Assembly (NCBI GenBank): GCA_030295235.1
Contig: AP026133.1
Coordinates: forward strand, 744,001-808,000
Direction of reading: 5' to 3'
Length of the DNA: 64,000 nucleotides
Origin: Fistulifera solaris
Lineage: Eukaryota
Part shown: positions 22,924 to 34,544 of the stretch, piece by piece
Layout: every line of letters starts with the position of its first letter
How positions within the stretch are numbered: position 1 is the first letter of the stretch
Program-made: the position numbers and the translations under genes
Notes under the pieces: generated by a model
What the model saw: only the letters and a program-made list of their open reading frames with translations
What the model was told of the DNA's origin: nothing
Databases searched by the model: none

Positions 22924-24282
22924 ATGGCTTCAAATGGAGGTTTAAAGCATGAACGGCAGCAAGACATACGCACCATCTCGATCGGCATCGCCGTCGTTGC
23001 TTCGGCATCTACTTGGTTCTTGTTCTATTACCGACGGCAGCAACAGAAACAAAGACAGAACTTAGCGTCGCGACAAGAATTGACAACCTTTTCTTCGGCA
23101 TACGAAAGTCTCATAGGGAATACTCCTCTCGTGAAGTTGCCGCGACTGTCTCACATCTTGCAACGTGATGTATATGTCAAAATGGAAAGCATGAACCCGG
23201 GAGGCACAGGCAAGGATCGAGCAGCATGGGCCATGCTACATGCGGCAGAAGAAGAGGGGATAATACCACCACCTATACAAGAACACAGCCATGAAACCAG
23301 TCACGCAGCAACAACGAAAGCCCCCACACACATACCGCAAAATGAAACAGAACAAAGCTACGAGACTGCCATTTGGCAAGCTATGCGAGCATCCCGAACC
23401 GGTGGCTTGGTCGTGGAAGGGACATCTGGATCGACAGGCATTTCCTTGGCAACCTTGTGCGCCTGTCGGGGACACGCCTGTTTGGTTGTTTTACCGGACG
23501 ACCAAGCGCACGAAAAGCAAAGGATTTTACAAACGCTTCAAGCTCATGTGCTCATCGTACCCAACGTTTCGATTTCCAACCCCAAACATTACGTCAATAT
23601 CGCTCGTCGACTGGCACAATACGCGCGGAATCGAATGAATATACCAGCCGTCTTTGTGGATCAATTTGAAAATCAGGCGAATGTAAAGTGCCATTCTCAT
23701 GTGACGGGACGTGAAGTACTCGCGCAATGTCCCACATTAGACGCCTTTGTCATGTCGGCAGGCACAGGAGGCACCTTGGCCGGTATTGGCACATTCTTGA
23801 GACATCATCGTCCCACTTGTCGCATAGTTTTGGTCGATCCGCCCGGGAGTGCCTTGTACAACAAAATTCAATACGGCGTGGCATATACCATGGAGCAAGA
23901 AGAACGTGGTCTTTTGCGGCATCGGTACGATACTTTGGCCGAAGGCATAGGGCTGGATCGTGTGACTCGAAATTTAGCTTATGGTTTGGAATGCATCGAC
24001 GACGCCGTTCGGGTATCGGATCAAGATGCCGTGGACATGGCGCACTGGCTGCTGCAGAATGAAGGTTTGTGGGTCGGTTCGAGTTCTGCCATGAACGTTG
24101 TAGGAGCGATTGATACAGCATGGAAATTGTCTCCGGGCTCGCGAGTTGTGACGGTGATTTGTGATTCGGGGAGTCGTCACTTGACGCGCTTTTGGAATCA
24201 TGATTTTATCCTTGAGAGGGGTCTTCGATGGCCGCGCGATCAAGAACAGGACCAATTACCAGCCTGTCTAGAGCGTCGATAG
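22924..24282 (+). CDS. Cysteine synthase-like PLP enzyme with N-terminal membrane anchor
   Basis: IGNTPLV, KMESMNPGGTGKDRAA (PLP Lys), EGTSGSTG, AGTGGT, EGIG, GSSS, CDSGSRH. Confidence 0.92.
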   Translation: MASNGGLKHERQQDIRTISIGIAVVASASTWFLFYYRRQQQKQRQNLASRQELTTFSSAYESLIGNTPLVKLPRLSHILQRDVYVKMESMNPGGTGKDRAAWAMLHAAEEEGIIPPPIQEHSHETSHAATTKAPTHIPQNETEQSYETAIWQAMRASRTGGLVVEGTSGSTGISLATLCACRGHACLVVLPDDQAHEKQRILQTLQAHVLIVPNVSISNPKHYVNIARRLAQYARNRMNIPAVFVDQFENQANVKCHSHVTGREVLAQCPTLDAFVMSAGTGGTLAGIGTFLRHHRPTCRIVLVDPPGSALYNKIQYGVAYTMEQEERGLLRHRYDTLAEGIGLDRVTRNLAYGLECIDDAVRVSDQDAVDMAHWLLQNEGLWVGSSSAMNVVGAIDTAWKLSPGSRVVTVICDSGSRHLTRFWNHDFILERGLRWPRDQEQDQLPACLERR

Positions 24283-24375
24283 CGGCTAGCATCTTAAAAT
24301 ATTTTTCTAGAGGATTAAGCATCTACATGACGCAATGATAGCCCTAATAAGAAGGATGCGTTTCATTTACGTTGT

Positions 24376-25144
24376 TTAGAAGAAGTCATCTTCATACCGT
24401 TCACCGAATTCATCGTACTGATCAAACTTATCATTGTCTCCAAATGTTTCAATCATCTTTTGTCGTGCTTTGGCTTCGGCTACTTTGTCAACTTTCTTGG
24501 ACTTTTGCGCTTGTCCTTTGACCTTGCGCTTCGCCGCTTGTACTTTTTCATTTTTGATGACATTGAGCGTTTTGATGAGTTCCGTGACAGCATCGTCATC
24601 CAGAACATCCTTCGAACTCGTGACGCATTCTTTGAAAAACGCCGAGGCGAAATGAACGTTTCCGTGTTTCTTCATAGCTTCCGCTACTTTGCGAGCATGT
24701 TTCAAATGGTCTTTAAGGTCTTTCAAGACAACAACATCACCGGCCGCAGCTGCACCCGTCGCCTTATTTTTTCGTATTGTCGGCTCCGAACAAATCATCA
24801 GTCAATTCATTATCGGCTGCCTCAATACGCTGACGCTCCAGCTGTCGTCGCTCGTCCGGTGTCATTTTCGCCTCCGCCTCGGCTTCGAGTTCCATCGCTC
24901 GTCGAGCCAGTTCCAACTCTTCCTTGGCATCTAATTCTTTTTGTTTCTTTTCAGCCAACGCTTTCCCTCTCGTTTTTAGTTCCATCGTCTGTAATCGATC
25001 TTGTTCGGCCTTTTCTTTCAAAGCCAGATCTTCTTCGTCTTCAAACGTGGGTACGTTCGTTTGCAATTTTGAGAGTTTCGCAGCGAGTTCGTCATCGTCG
25101 GACTTGTCCCAATCGTCGTCACTGTCGTCCCAGTTGTCTCCCAT
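24376..25144 (-). CDS. EIF3J: Translation initiation factor 3 subunit J (one frameshift near 24780)
   Basis: Acidic N-terminus DNWDDSDDDWD, EAADNELTDDLFG, basic region, C-terminal YDEFGERYEDDFF. Confidence 0.85.
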
Positions 25145-25603
25145 TGTGTCTTTGTAAAGTCAGTTGTGAAGAAAAGAACGTTTTCCTGTAAAACAAAAGT
25201 AATGGAAGGGTTTGGGAACGGTGTTATTGCAGTGAAAGCAAAATATGGTACAAGGTACTTTGTATGCACGAAACACGCGCAAAATAACGCGAGGACGAAA
25301 AAATGTCGTCTACAGAATAAAGGAGACAGTACCTGTCATTCGCCACACATTTTGCTTGTGTGGCGTGTGGCCTGCACATTCCCAAGGACAGCATGACAGA
25401 CAAACAAATGAGTGCTAAGGTTAGTGTTTTAAGAGTAACTAAGAGCTAAAAGGGATCCTTCGCAAAGATAAGATAGCTCTCTAGCACTTACAATTATAAC
25501 GTCAAAAATACCAGCTTATGATAATCCCCGTTACCCGTTCACAAAGCGAGAGAAAAAGCAATGAGCGCGAGCAATACACGACGCTTGACGCTTTTGCTCC
25601 TGA

Positions 25604-26116
25604 CTATAAACAGTCATCGTCCTCTGTTTCGTTTTCTGCCTTCCCATTCGACTGCACGACATCACGGCTGTCAATGACAATAGTTACAGGTCCGTCGTTC
25701 ACCAAACTCACGTTCATCATGGCTCCAAAGACGCCGTTGTGTATCTTCTCCGAAGAATATTCTCTTTTCAATAGATCAATAAAATCTTGATACAACTGCT
25801 CGGCTTGTGTCGCTTTCATGGCGAGTTTATAGTCCGGTTGATGTTTCTTTGACAGGGTGCCGTACAGTGTAAATTGACTGACGCACAAACAATCGTACGA
25901 TTTCTGTTTCACCGAATGTCGCCATTGCCCTCCACTCTCATTTTCCCACAGCTTACATCCAAGTAACTTCTTGCAGCAGTATTCTAGATCCTGCAGAGTG
26001 TCGTCTTGGTGCAAGCCGACCAAGGCGAGGAGGCCAGGGCCGATGGCCGAGGCGATCGATTGATTGTCGGTTAACGTGACTGACGCAGAGCGAACACGTT
26101 GAACGACGATGCGCAT
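25604..26116 (-). CDS. DTD1: D-aminoacyl-tRNA deacylase
   Basis: MRIVVQRVRSASV, SQFTL, FGAMMNVSLVNDGPVT (Gly-cisPro motif). Confidence 0.95.
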   Translation of the reverse strand: MRIVVQRVRSASVTLTDNQSIASAIGPGLLALVGLHQDDTLQDLEYCCKKLLGCKLWENESGGQWRHSVKQKSYDCLCVSQFTLYGTLSKKHQPDYKLAMKATQAEQLYQDFIDLLKREYSSEKIHNGVFGAMMNVSLVNDGPVTIVIDSRDVVQSNGKAENETEDDDCL

Positions 26117-26894
26117 GGCTTGATAATTCCCACTGAAGAAAACGAGAACGAGCCAAATAACAATTGTATTATAAGAAATCAGAGGGTATCTTCGCATGAT
26201 CGGGGGTCGTTTATGATGCCATATGCCTCTTCGCTCATCGCTCATCCCTCATCGCTCATCGTACACATGCATCATGCATGCAAAAATTTGTTCATGACTG
26301 AAGCGCAGTCGTGATTCCGTTAAGCATTTTGGCCTAGCGAAAACGATCCTCAAGCAATACGACAAATAAATGCGAAGTGCGAATTGCAAAAAGATGCTTT
26401 ACATTAATAGTGATGTGATTGGGGATTATAGATCCAATAAAAAACATTCATAACTGACATGTGGTCGTGGTTTCGAATTCTCAAGCATCTGCGGAGTAGT
26501 TTTTCAAAATTTATTTTCGTTATCCGTTGTGAAAGAGCACTGCAATCTTTGGTTGCAGCTTAGTTATTTACGGATTTATTTTGAGGACGATTATCATCGT
26601 TAAGAGAGTTCTTCCCTTTTCAAATGCTTACGAGTCTTGTGAAGAAGACTATTATTCCTTGCCTTCTTCTTGTAACCATCACCATGAATGAACCATCATA
26701 TCTTACACGAGTACTCGGCGATCGAAGCAAAGTATAAAGCGGTGCTTTAGATAATTTGTGCATGCCGACAACGTTCTGTAATAACCAAGTCGTCATACTC
26801 TTGGTGCTCTATTCAGAAGCATTTTGAACTGTTTACTGATCACAAAACATTTCCCAGGTAAAACTTACCCTCTGCGTATCGAGCAGCATTATTT

Positions 26895-28010
26895 TCACAG
26901 AGGAACAATAACAACCGAGATATCATCCTGGTAACCTTTTGTCGGGGCAATACGATCCACAAAAAGCGGCAATTTCTCTGGCAAGCTTTTATCGAGACCA
27001 GTCTCGTACAAGTTGTTCGTTAACTGCCGAGCTAGAAATTCTATGCGCCGCAAATCCCACAAGCCATCACTGGCTGCCACGATAAATTGTCTCTCCAGGG
27101 ACTCAATCGGTACTACATCAACAATAGGTTCTGCAGTGACCCCGATTTCCTTCCATTCCGAGTCCCCAATGGATCGACTCATCGCCAACCCAATGGTTTC
27201 ATTCGCAGCCTTTGAAAAGACAATCACACGCGACATGGCCGGGTTCTGAGGAGGCGTGTGTATCCTACCACCGCTACTCTCGATTCTCACCCGTTCGTCG
27301 GGAAGATGTGGCTTATCGAAGCGGGTATGATAAAGCACTGTCGCGTTCGGCTTGCCGTACACCAATATAGTGCGACCGTCTCCAGCGTTAGCAAAATACA
27401 GCTTCTCGCCGATCCGCAGCGTCACAGAGGCTGTACAGCCGCCGCGTTGTCCAGAGTGAACAGGAACTTTTTTCTGGAGTTCGGCAAAGGCGTCTTTCAG
27501 TTGCTGTTGAATCCAGTCATCGGATTGACAACACTGGCGTGCATTCAATTTATCGGCCACGATCCCAGGGAGTTCGGTGCGCGCATATTCAGCCACCTCG
27601 TGACCCAATACACCATGACCGTCGAGTATGGCAACCAGAAAGGATTCCTCTTTGATTGCGAATGCCGCTTGCTGTTTTGTGAGAAACGGTCGGATGAGAA
27701 ATGATCGATCCTGATTGACGGAATGGGAAGGACCTTGCCTTGTAAATAGGCAACCGAGTTGACATGAAGTTGTCGAATACAGTTCACTTGAGAGAATCAC
27801 TGTTTGATTATCAATCGGGGACGAAATGCAACCATAAGCAGGACACGCATTTCTATTTTTGTTCGCATTCAGCGAGAGCTGTGGAGCTGCTGGAACGAGA
27901 TTCAAAAGAATGAAGGTGCTCAACAAGAAGGTTACAAAAATGCAAGAAGCGAATTGTAAAAGAATGAAGGGGGCACTCTTTTTCTTCGTTATCAGCGTCT
28001 CATCGGGCAT
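26895..28010 (-). CDS. PP2C-family phosphatase with N-terminal transmembrane anchor
   Basis: NQDR, LDGHG, ANAGDGR, LAMSRSIGD, ASDGLWD, DDISV; hydrophobic segment at residues ~14-39. Confidence 0.92.
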   Translation of the reverse strand: MPDETLITKKKSAPFILLQFASCIFVTFLLSTFILLNLVPAAPQLSLNANKNRNACPAYGCISSPIDNQTVILSSELYSTTSCQLGCLFTRQGPSHSVNQDRSFLIRPFLTKQQAAFAIKEESFLVAILDGHGVLGHEVAEYARTELPGIVADKLNARQCCQSDDWIQQQLKDAFAELQKKVPVHSGQRGGCTASVTLRIGEKLYFANAGDGRTILVYGKPNATVLYHTRFDKPHLPDERVRIESSGGRIHTPPQNPAMSRVIVFSKAANETIGLAMSRSIGDSEWKEIGVTAEPIVDVVPIESLERQFIVAASDGLWDLRRIEFLARQLTNNLYETGLDKSLPEKLPLFVDRIAPTKGYQDDISVVIVPL

Positions 28011-28593
28011 TGCATTTCATCAAGAGATTATTATTCTGGACAATCATCCATCATCGTGTTCCGTCTCGCGCGGAAATTGTGTCATCTTTCATCCATCCGC
28101 CTGCTCTCCTCGCTCCTCGCGGTCATCCATCATCCATAATCCATAAGTCATAACTTTAATGTCTTTCTTTAAAAAAATCATCATTAAGGTCAAGGCTATC
28201 ACTTCTCGACTCAATTAAGTCCCGGAAGAGACAAAAGGAGTACTTATTGAGCTATGGTACCGGTACAAACAGCGGTACCGAACCAGTTACCATATTGTAG
28301 ATCCTGACCAAGTAGCATTCTAACCCATGTACTTGTACAAGTATGTTTTAAATGATCATTCACAATGAATCCAAATTAGTTCACGGTGCTTTCGTTGATG
28401 CTGATTTCCGATGAAACAAATTGGATAGTCTAGACCCCGTATTCCTTTTGTTTTATGTTGAGCCCGCCATAGTACAATCATTGATCTTTGTTATCGGTAG
28501 CACATCAAAACAATTTCATTGTAACAGCACGTCTGTTCACAATTTAGTTTGCGCTTGTGAGAAATAATGCAGAGTTTAGGAAAGCACGACTCT

Positions 28594-29744
28594 TCACACA
28601 AATTGTGGCCGTCGCGGTTTGACACCCTTTTGAAAGTAGGGGTGTTGTAATGCGTTTGTGGCTGTCAGTCTTTGGGACGGATCCAATGCGAGCAAACCCT
28701 CTAAAAGAGCAAAACCATCGGCGTCGAGAAAAGATCGACCACCCGCCAAGGGTTGTGCGACAGGAAACTTTTGCGACAGCTGCGGGACGTCACTCGACTT
28801 CCAGCGAAATAAACCCGCGTTTGGCAGCTTGTCAAATGAAGGCCAGGTAGTTTCATTAGGACCTCCCAATAATGAAAAGATTTTGTCAATTTGATCTAGC
28901 TCCCCCTGTCCCGGCATTACAGCTTCCTTTCCTCCTAAGATGAGTTCCCCGAATACACAGCCAATGCTCCACATATCGACCGGCGGACCATAACAACTCT
29001 CTCCAAACAGCAGTTCGGGGAGACCGGTACCACAATGTTACCACTAATTGTGTCATGGCTCTCGCTGGTGTCTGATACCGTCTGGCGAGACCCAAATCAG
29101 CTAAAGCTACCCGACCCGTGCGTTGCTCAACTAGTACATTTGAAGGCTTCAGGTCGCGATGTAAATACCAATTAGTATGCATATGATGTGTGCCCTGCAA
29201 AACTTGTTGTAATATCCCTTTCAGTTCCGACTGCGGTAAAGGTGCTCCGTCAAGAAGTCGTTTTGACATGGCCTCGCTGAGATCATAGTCAAATAATTGC
29301 ATCACCATAAACACTTTATCAATGCTGCATCCCGTCACCATTTCGCGAACATGAACAATATTTTCATGTGACAATGCCAATAACACACTTATTTCGCGGA
29401 GAGCCGTGACTGGAAAGCCATTTTGGCAGGGTTGGCTTCCTCTGTCATGCGCGGTTCATCGTCAACGTGAAACTTGATTTGTTTCAATGCCACCGTTTCG
29501 TTGGTCGCCAAGTCACGAGCTTTCCACACAATTCCATACGATCCTTCACTGAGGCGTTCTATTTGCTCATAGGTATCGTAGACTGAGCGACAACCCTGTA
29601 AGAGCGGATTGTGAATCGGCCAGGTGGAGACGACGTTGCCATCCGTCGACGACCTGACGGATTGCGGAATAACACGCGCCTCCTTTTTGTATCTTCTTCT
29701 TCGTCCGAGCTTGAATCCCATCGATCCCTCTTCTTCCCTCCCAT
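28594..29744 (-). CDS. Cyclin-dependent kinase, CDK10/CDK11 (PITSLRE-like); frameshifted
   Basis: QGCRSVY, EGSYGIVWKA, VALKQIK, GFPVTALREI (read across a frameshift), HRDLKPSN, DLGLAR, VVTLWYR, MWSIGC. Confidence 0.9.
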
Positions 29745-30136
29745 TCTTCTTCAATATGAAAAGTAAGGGCAACTAGGCGGCGATAACCACAACCAACAAA
29801 GCGGAAAATGAGGAAATGCGGAATGCGGTCAACTTTGGGTGCCGTTTTATTTAGTACCAATACGAGCGTTTCACGAAACTCACCTACAATACTGGTACCG
29901 GTACCGGTACTAGCTACAAGTGACGGTACCGTACCATGTACGTCAATTTTCGTTATCGCGATGATGATGATTGATTGATTCGCGATCGATGAAGACAAAA
30001 CAAAACGCTTTATCTGGTAAGCCTTACCTGGTACACGAAACAACGAATATTTCAACAACTTAGAAGTTACATATTCATCAAAAGAAGTTAGCATTATTAA
30101 AATCGTTTGTTCAAAATTCATGTTCTGAGATGCTTC

Positions 30137-30769
30137 TCAGGCTGCGGGCGAGGTAGCGATGCCAACGCGGCTAGCCAAAACCAGAGTGTTCCGATAAAAG
30201 AACTCAAAATCTTCCTCATGCGAAGTCAAGTTAGCTTTCACAGACTCGTCCATCAGCAGAAGCGTCAGTTCTTCGAGGGCATAAACTGCATATGCCGTTT
30301 CATGGACGCAGAACGCCATGTGCGCTAAATTGTTGTACAACGCCATCAGCAGCAAAGTCGTGTGTGATTGCCACAACAAATCAGAGTCGCGTAGGATCTG
30401 GAGGGAAAGTCTGTAGAGATTAAGTACGCGGGACGCAGCGGAACACTCTTTCCGCTGCAAGGAATAGGCGATCCCAATGTTGTACAGCACTATGGCTGCC
30501 AAAAAGTTCTCGTCTTGCTTTGTAGCCGTATCGGCGAGCGCGAATACCTTATCGAACATGGAAATAATGTGGCGTTCATCATGAAGGCCTTCGATGCGAC
30601 TGGCAACCAACGTATCAGGTAGGCAGTCGGGAGGGGCTTGACTTGAATCAGCAGCTTTTCGGATGATCGCAAGAGCGTCTCTCCACTTGGTAACAGCATC
30701 CTCGAGTCTTCCTGTTGTGAAGAGCCCGATGGCTTCGTTGTTTTGAAGGCATGCTTTATTGAGCGCCAT
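30137..30769 (-). CDS. Hypothetical helical (TPR-like) protein
   Basis: Intact 210-aa ORF with NNEAIGL, AIVLYNIG, LYNNLAH and a terminal SPAA. I recognise this pattern from diatom hypothetical proteins. Confidence 0.75.
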   Translation of the reverse strand: MALNKACLQNNEAIGLFTTGRLEDAVTKWRDALAIIRKAADSSQAPPDCLPDTLVASRIEGLHDERHIISMFDKVFALADTATKQDENFLAAIVLYNIGIAYSLQRKECSAASRVLNLYRLSLQILRDSDLLWQSHTTLLLMALYNNLAHMAFCVHETAYAVYALEELTLLLMDESVKANLTSHEEDFEFFYRNTLVLASRVGIATSPAA

Positions 30770-32548
30770 GCTGAGGGAAAGACAGTTGATTTATACCTTT
30801 ATCAATGATTGAAAATGAGAATTGGTTTTTGTGCTATGTGCTCGATCATGGCGAGAGAAGAGTGATGAAGCGGTCGTTCCTTGGGTCGTTTGCTTCTTGC
30901 TTCTGCGTTTTCGACGGAAGGTGGAGTCTTTTGTCTTTAATGCTTCCCATTTCCGATCACCTTATAAGTAATAAGGCAGCATTGACGCCTAGTTTACCGT
31001 TTACCCTATACTCCGTGTATTACAAATCGCACATAGAGTACAAGCTATTTTTGAACTTTGAACATCTCCGATCTCCGATCTCTATCATATGTCTAATGAC
31101 CGGATATCGAAAGTAGAAGCTGGGAGCGGAGCTTGGAGCTTTGTCTTTCGGTGTTTGCGGTTTGCGGTCATTGGTCATTGGGCGCTGGAGTACCCGTAAC
31201 GGTTAACGGTAGGCTATAGAGAGTAGAGAGTGTCGCGTATGTTGCTCGTAGTAGTAGTGAGTAGTAAGGAGTTCCAAGTTTCCAAAAGATAAAAGATCAA
31301 GAACTACTACTATCAATACTTTGTATCAAGATAAGAAGCCAGATGCCCGATATCCGATACATTGTAGACTGTGCCTGTACCGTTTTGTATTCAGCGTTAG
31401 GCCTACGGCCTACTACGCTTGAGGTTTGATTCTGGATTTTGGGGCTTGGAGCTGAGAGCTTATTGCTCATTGCTTGTTGTTAAGCACTAAGCACTATTGC
31501 AAGCATTTATTGGCAAATTTGCTGCTTTGGCTTTAGCCTCAACATCGCGAATAGGCAATTGCCCATTGCCCTCACCAAAACTTCACAGCGTATAGCCCCC
31601 GACTGCCATTTTAATGCCTGACGCCTGACGCCCAAAGAAGAACGAATTAATGTAGACAAAAGACGAACGACGAAAGGCGACTACTTGTACTCGTAAAACC
31701 TTAGATCTAACAGCAAACGTAGTCTACATCATGCTGCTCCAAACATTGAAAAACTAAATAATTTGTATTTCGGTTTCGCAATCCACAATTAATATGACTT
31801 GACCCGTGTGTTTCTCTAGAGAGTGTCCCCGGCTATTGCTCGCGAAAACCGAAAATCATCAATTTCCGTCAAATGCCGACCATCATTGTCTTGCCTTCTT
31901 CGCCATTTCAGCGTCAACCCAATTATCTAGGTGGAAGCGTTTGCTACAAAAATAGGTCGTCGCATCATCATTAAGATTCGAGCGTAAACATAAATATGTG
32001 AGATTGGTTTAACATCCTATCTTTCTTAAAAGCCTAGCAGATACTTATTCAAGTGCCATAAAAGATTGCGAATCCAAAACTTCTAACCTCTTGGCGTTAC
32101 AGCTTAATGCAACCAACGACTTTAACTGGCTTACGATCGCCTCGAACACGAGAGCGTGATCCACTTTTGAGGGAAACTGCGCATTCTATAACTCCTGAGC
32201 ACCTAAGCAGGTTTCCACTTTAAAGTTATTTGTTCCTTATGAAAATATATTTTTTGTTACTGCTACGGAGTATTGTTATACTTGACACAACCTGCTCCAA
32301 CGGTACAACGTCCGCTCTAGTTAGTGTTCACGAGTGTTAGTTGTCTTGGTGGGAATGGTATGTCTGTCGTCAGTGACGGTCTCCACTTTCACCTTTCACC
32401 GCACTTTGCCGCTTGCCGCATTGCCGCATGCCCCACGCAGCACACACCTCTCTCATTATTTATTACGACGATTACCTGGTAGTGTAGCACTTTGTCATTG
32501 TCATTGATCTCTTTCTCAAGCAGGATATCGACGACGGAGACAATTCCA

Positions 32549-33592
32549 ATGAGCTCTCACGGAAGCGCTCTATACAGTCTTTCTTCGGGACGTTTAGTTA
32601 ATCGCCGGGGATGGAACGATACCTTTGATGTACGAAAATGCGCGATAGCCGCTGTCGTTCTGTTGATACTGGCTGCGACAAACCCAGCAAACTGGCAAGC
32701 AGCGAATGAACTGACCACCAATTACGGTTTGTTTCATCTTCAAGAATACGGCAATCGACTCGTATTTTCTGCGGTGTACTTCGATATTAACTGTTATTAT
32801 CAATCCATTCTCGATCAGCGACAGGGTTTGCAAGATATCTGCACCAGTTTGCGACGTGAATTCGCTCATTCCAAACCTCTACTTTGGGACTCCCAAGATT
32901 TGGCGCATGTTTTTCATCGATCATGTACGATCCTTCTCATTACCGTTGCAATATTAGCTGCGTGTCGACGAAAGTACGTGACCTTTATTCGATCTGGATC
33001 AATGGTGATAGACGCACTCGCTTCTATTCTTTTGCATGATCCTCGAAGACCTATGCTTGGGCTCTTGTGGTGCCTTTTTCAGGAAAATTTTCTGATTTAT
33101 CCCGTTTGGAAAGTGTTGTGTAAGATGGTTCCTCAGCAAGTCAATTCTTCTCTGTTTCGTGTCTTTGATCAGGACGGCGCCGACATTGCGGTTACGGTGT
33201 GTATACTGGTGGCTATGGTGGTTCTAATCAACGTGTTGGGATACCGGTTCTGGAATAGGGTCTATTGGTTGCGGTTTGATGGCTTTCTTGCCGTAATGTT
33301 GGGTTATTACCGGGGAATTTTGGGAAGTCGACCACCGGACTATTCACTGCGGTGGGTGCAGACATTGCTGCGCACCACGGCAATACCATCCTCTGTTTCC
33401 GTCCATGCGGTGACATGGACTTTCGTCCTTATTCAAGGCTTGGACTCGTTTCCCAAATCGATCTTTACCATTATCGCCAACATTGCGGGCGCTTCTTTGG
33501 GGCAGTATCAATATAAGTACATCGGACAGAATGGCGCCTTTCAGAAAGTGATGGACGACTTCTTGAAGCTACTTGGTGTCTCGAATCGGTGA
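32549..33592 (+). CDS. Hypothetical multi-pass membrane protein
   Basis: Long intact ORF with several hydrophobic segments; no family recognised. Confidence 0.65.
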   Translation: MSSHGSALYSLSSGRLVNRRGWNDTFDVRKCAIAAVVLLILAATNPANWQAANELTTNYGLFHLQEYGNRLVFSAVYFDINCYYQSILDQRQGLQDICTSLRREFAHSKPLLWDSQDLAHVFHRSCTILLITVAILAACRRKYVTFIRSGSMVIDALASILLHDPRRPMLGLLWCLFQENFLIYPVWKVLCKMVPQQVNSSLFRVFDQDGADIAVTVCILVAMVVLINVLGYRFWNRVYWLRFDGFLAVMLGYYRGILGSRPPDYSLRWVQTLLRTTAIPSSVSVHAVTWTFVLIQGLDSFPKSIFTIIANIAGASLGQYQYKYIGQNGAFQKVMDDFLKLLGVSNR

Positions 33593-34544
33593 AGAAAAGG
33601 TAGGTTTGATTCGATGTTTGTGAATGCACGCCCAGCTAGAGCCCGCCAGTTCCCTATTTTCCAGGAGTTTGTGTGGGTATATGAAATGCGGGCAAGAGAA
33701 CAGGGGATGTCCTATTTTTCGCTTGGTCTATAGAAATGAAATTTCCATGATAGATTGAGTAGCCAATGGACACGACATTAGTTTCATAAAGCTAACTCAC
33801 TTTTGCTTTGTCGTCGGTTCAGGTAAATGATAAGAGTCAGCTAGTGCGTGGTGTTAGAAGCATGTGCGAAAAGGGTGCAGGGCAGAAGATGAACCCTGAA
33901 TCTGTTACAACAATGCAAGATCGAAAGACGTACACTCCGAAAGCTTGAGAGATGCTGACGTGATAGAGTGACTTGGATGGGAGATTCTACAAACAGAAGA
34001 TACTAGCGCCTTCTTGGTCAATTTGACTTGGAATGGGTACGGCTCTCGGGAGCCGAGATCGAAGCCACATCTCCCGTTGATGTCACTTTATGTGCGCTAG
34101 CATTTCAGTCTCTTTTGACTTCATCGTGTCGTCGTTTCATGGCTTGTTCAGTATCATTCTGAATAATGAATGCTGCACAATCAGACCATGAAACAGTTTG
34201 TTGTCGCTTGTTCGATCAGTGGTCGCTTTATACTCTGATACTGACATTCTGTGTACCTTCCTTTAGGTCTTCCCTTGTGTGTTGCACTCTCTGACGAATG
34301 AATAGTACTTCGGAGTAAGAAAGATCACAGACTGGAGACATAGCCCAGTCACGATGCTACGATGATGATGTCAGTGTTGTCGCACCGGCTCGACACGTCA
34401 CACAACGGATCTTCGGCGAGCACTCGCGAAAAAAGAACGATGATCGGCAGCTTCTTTTCGGATGACCCATTGCGTGGTAACACATTCCGAATGTTTAATC
34501 ATTTTAGTTGATTGATTGTTAGCAACAGCAAATACGTAAGCTTT

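Noticed and set aside
24460..25191. 243-aa plus-strand ORF
   Set aside because: Antisense to eIF3j.
29893..29942. GGTACC tandem motif (also near 6043 and 28256) as a regulatory element
   Set aside because: Short simple repeat with too few instances to support a function.
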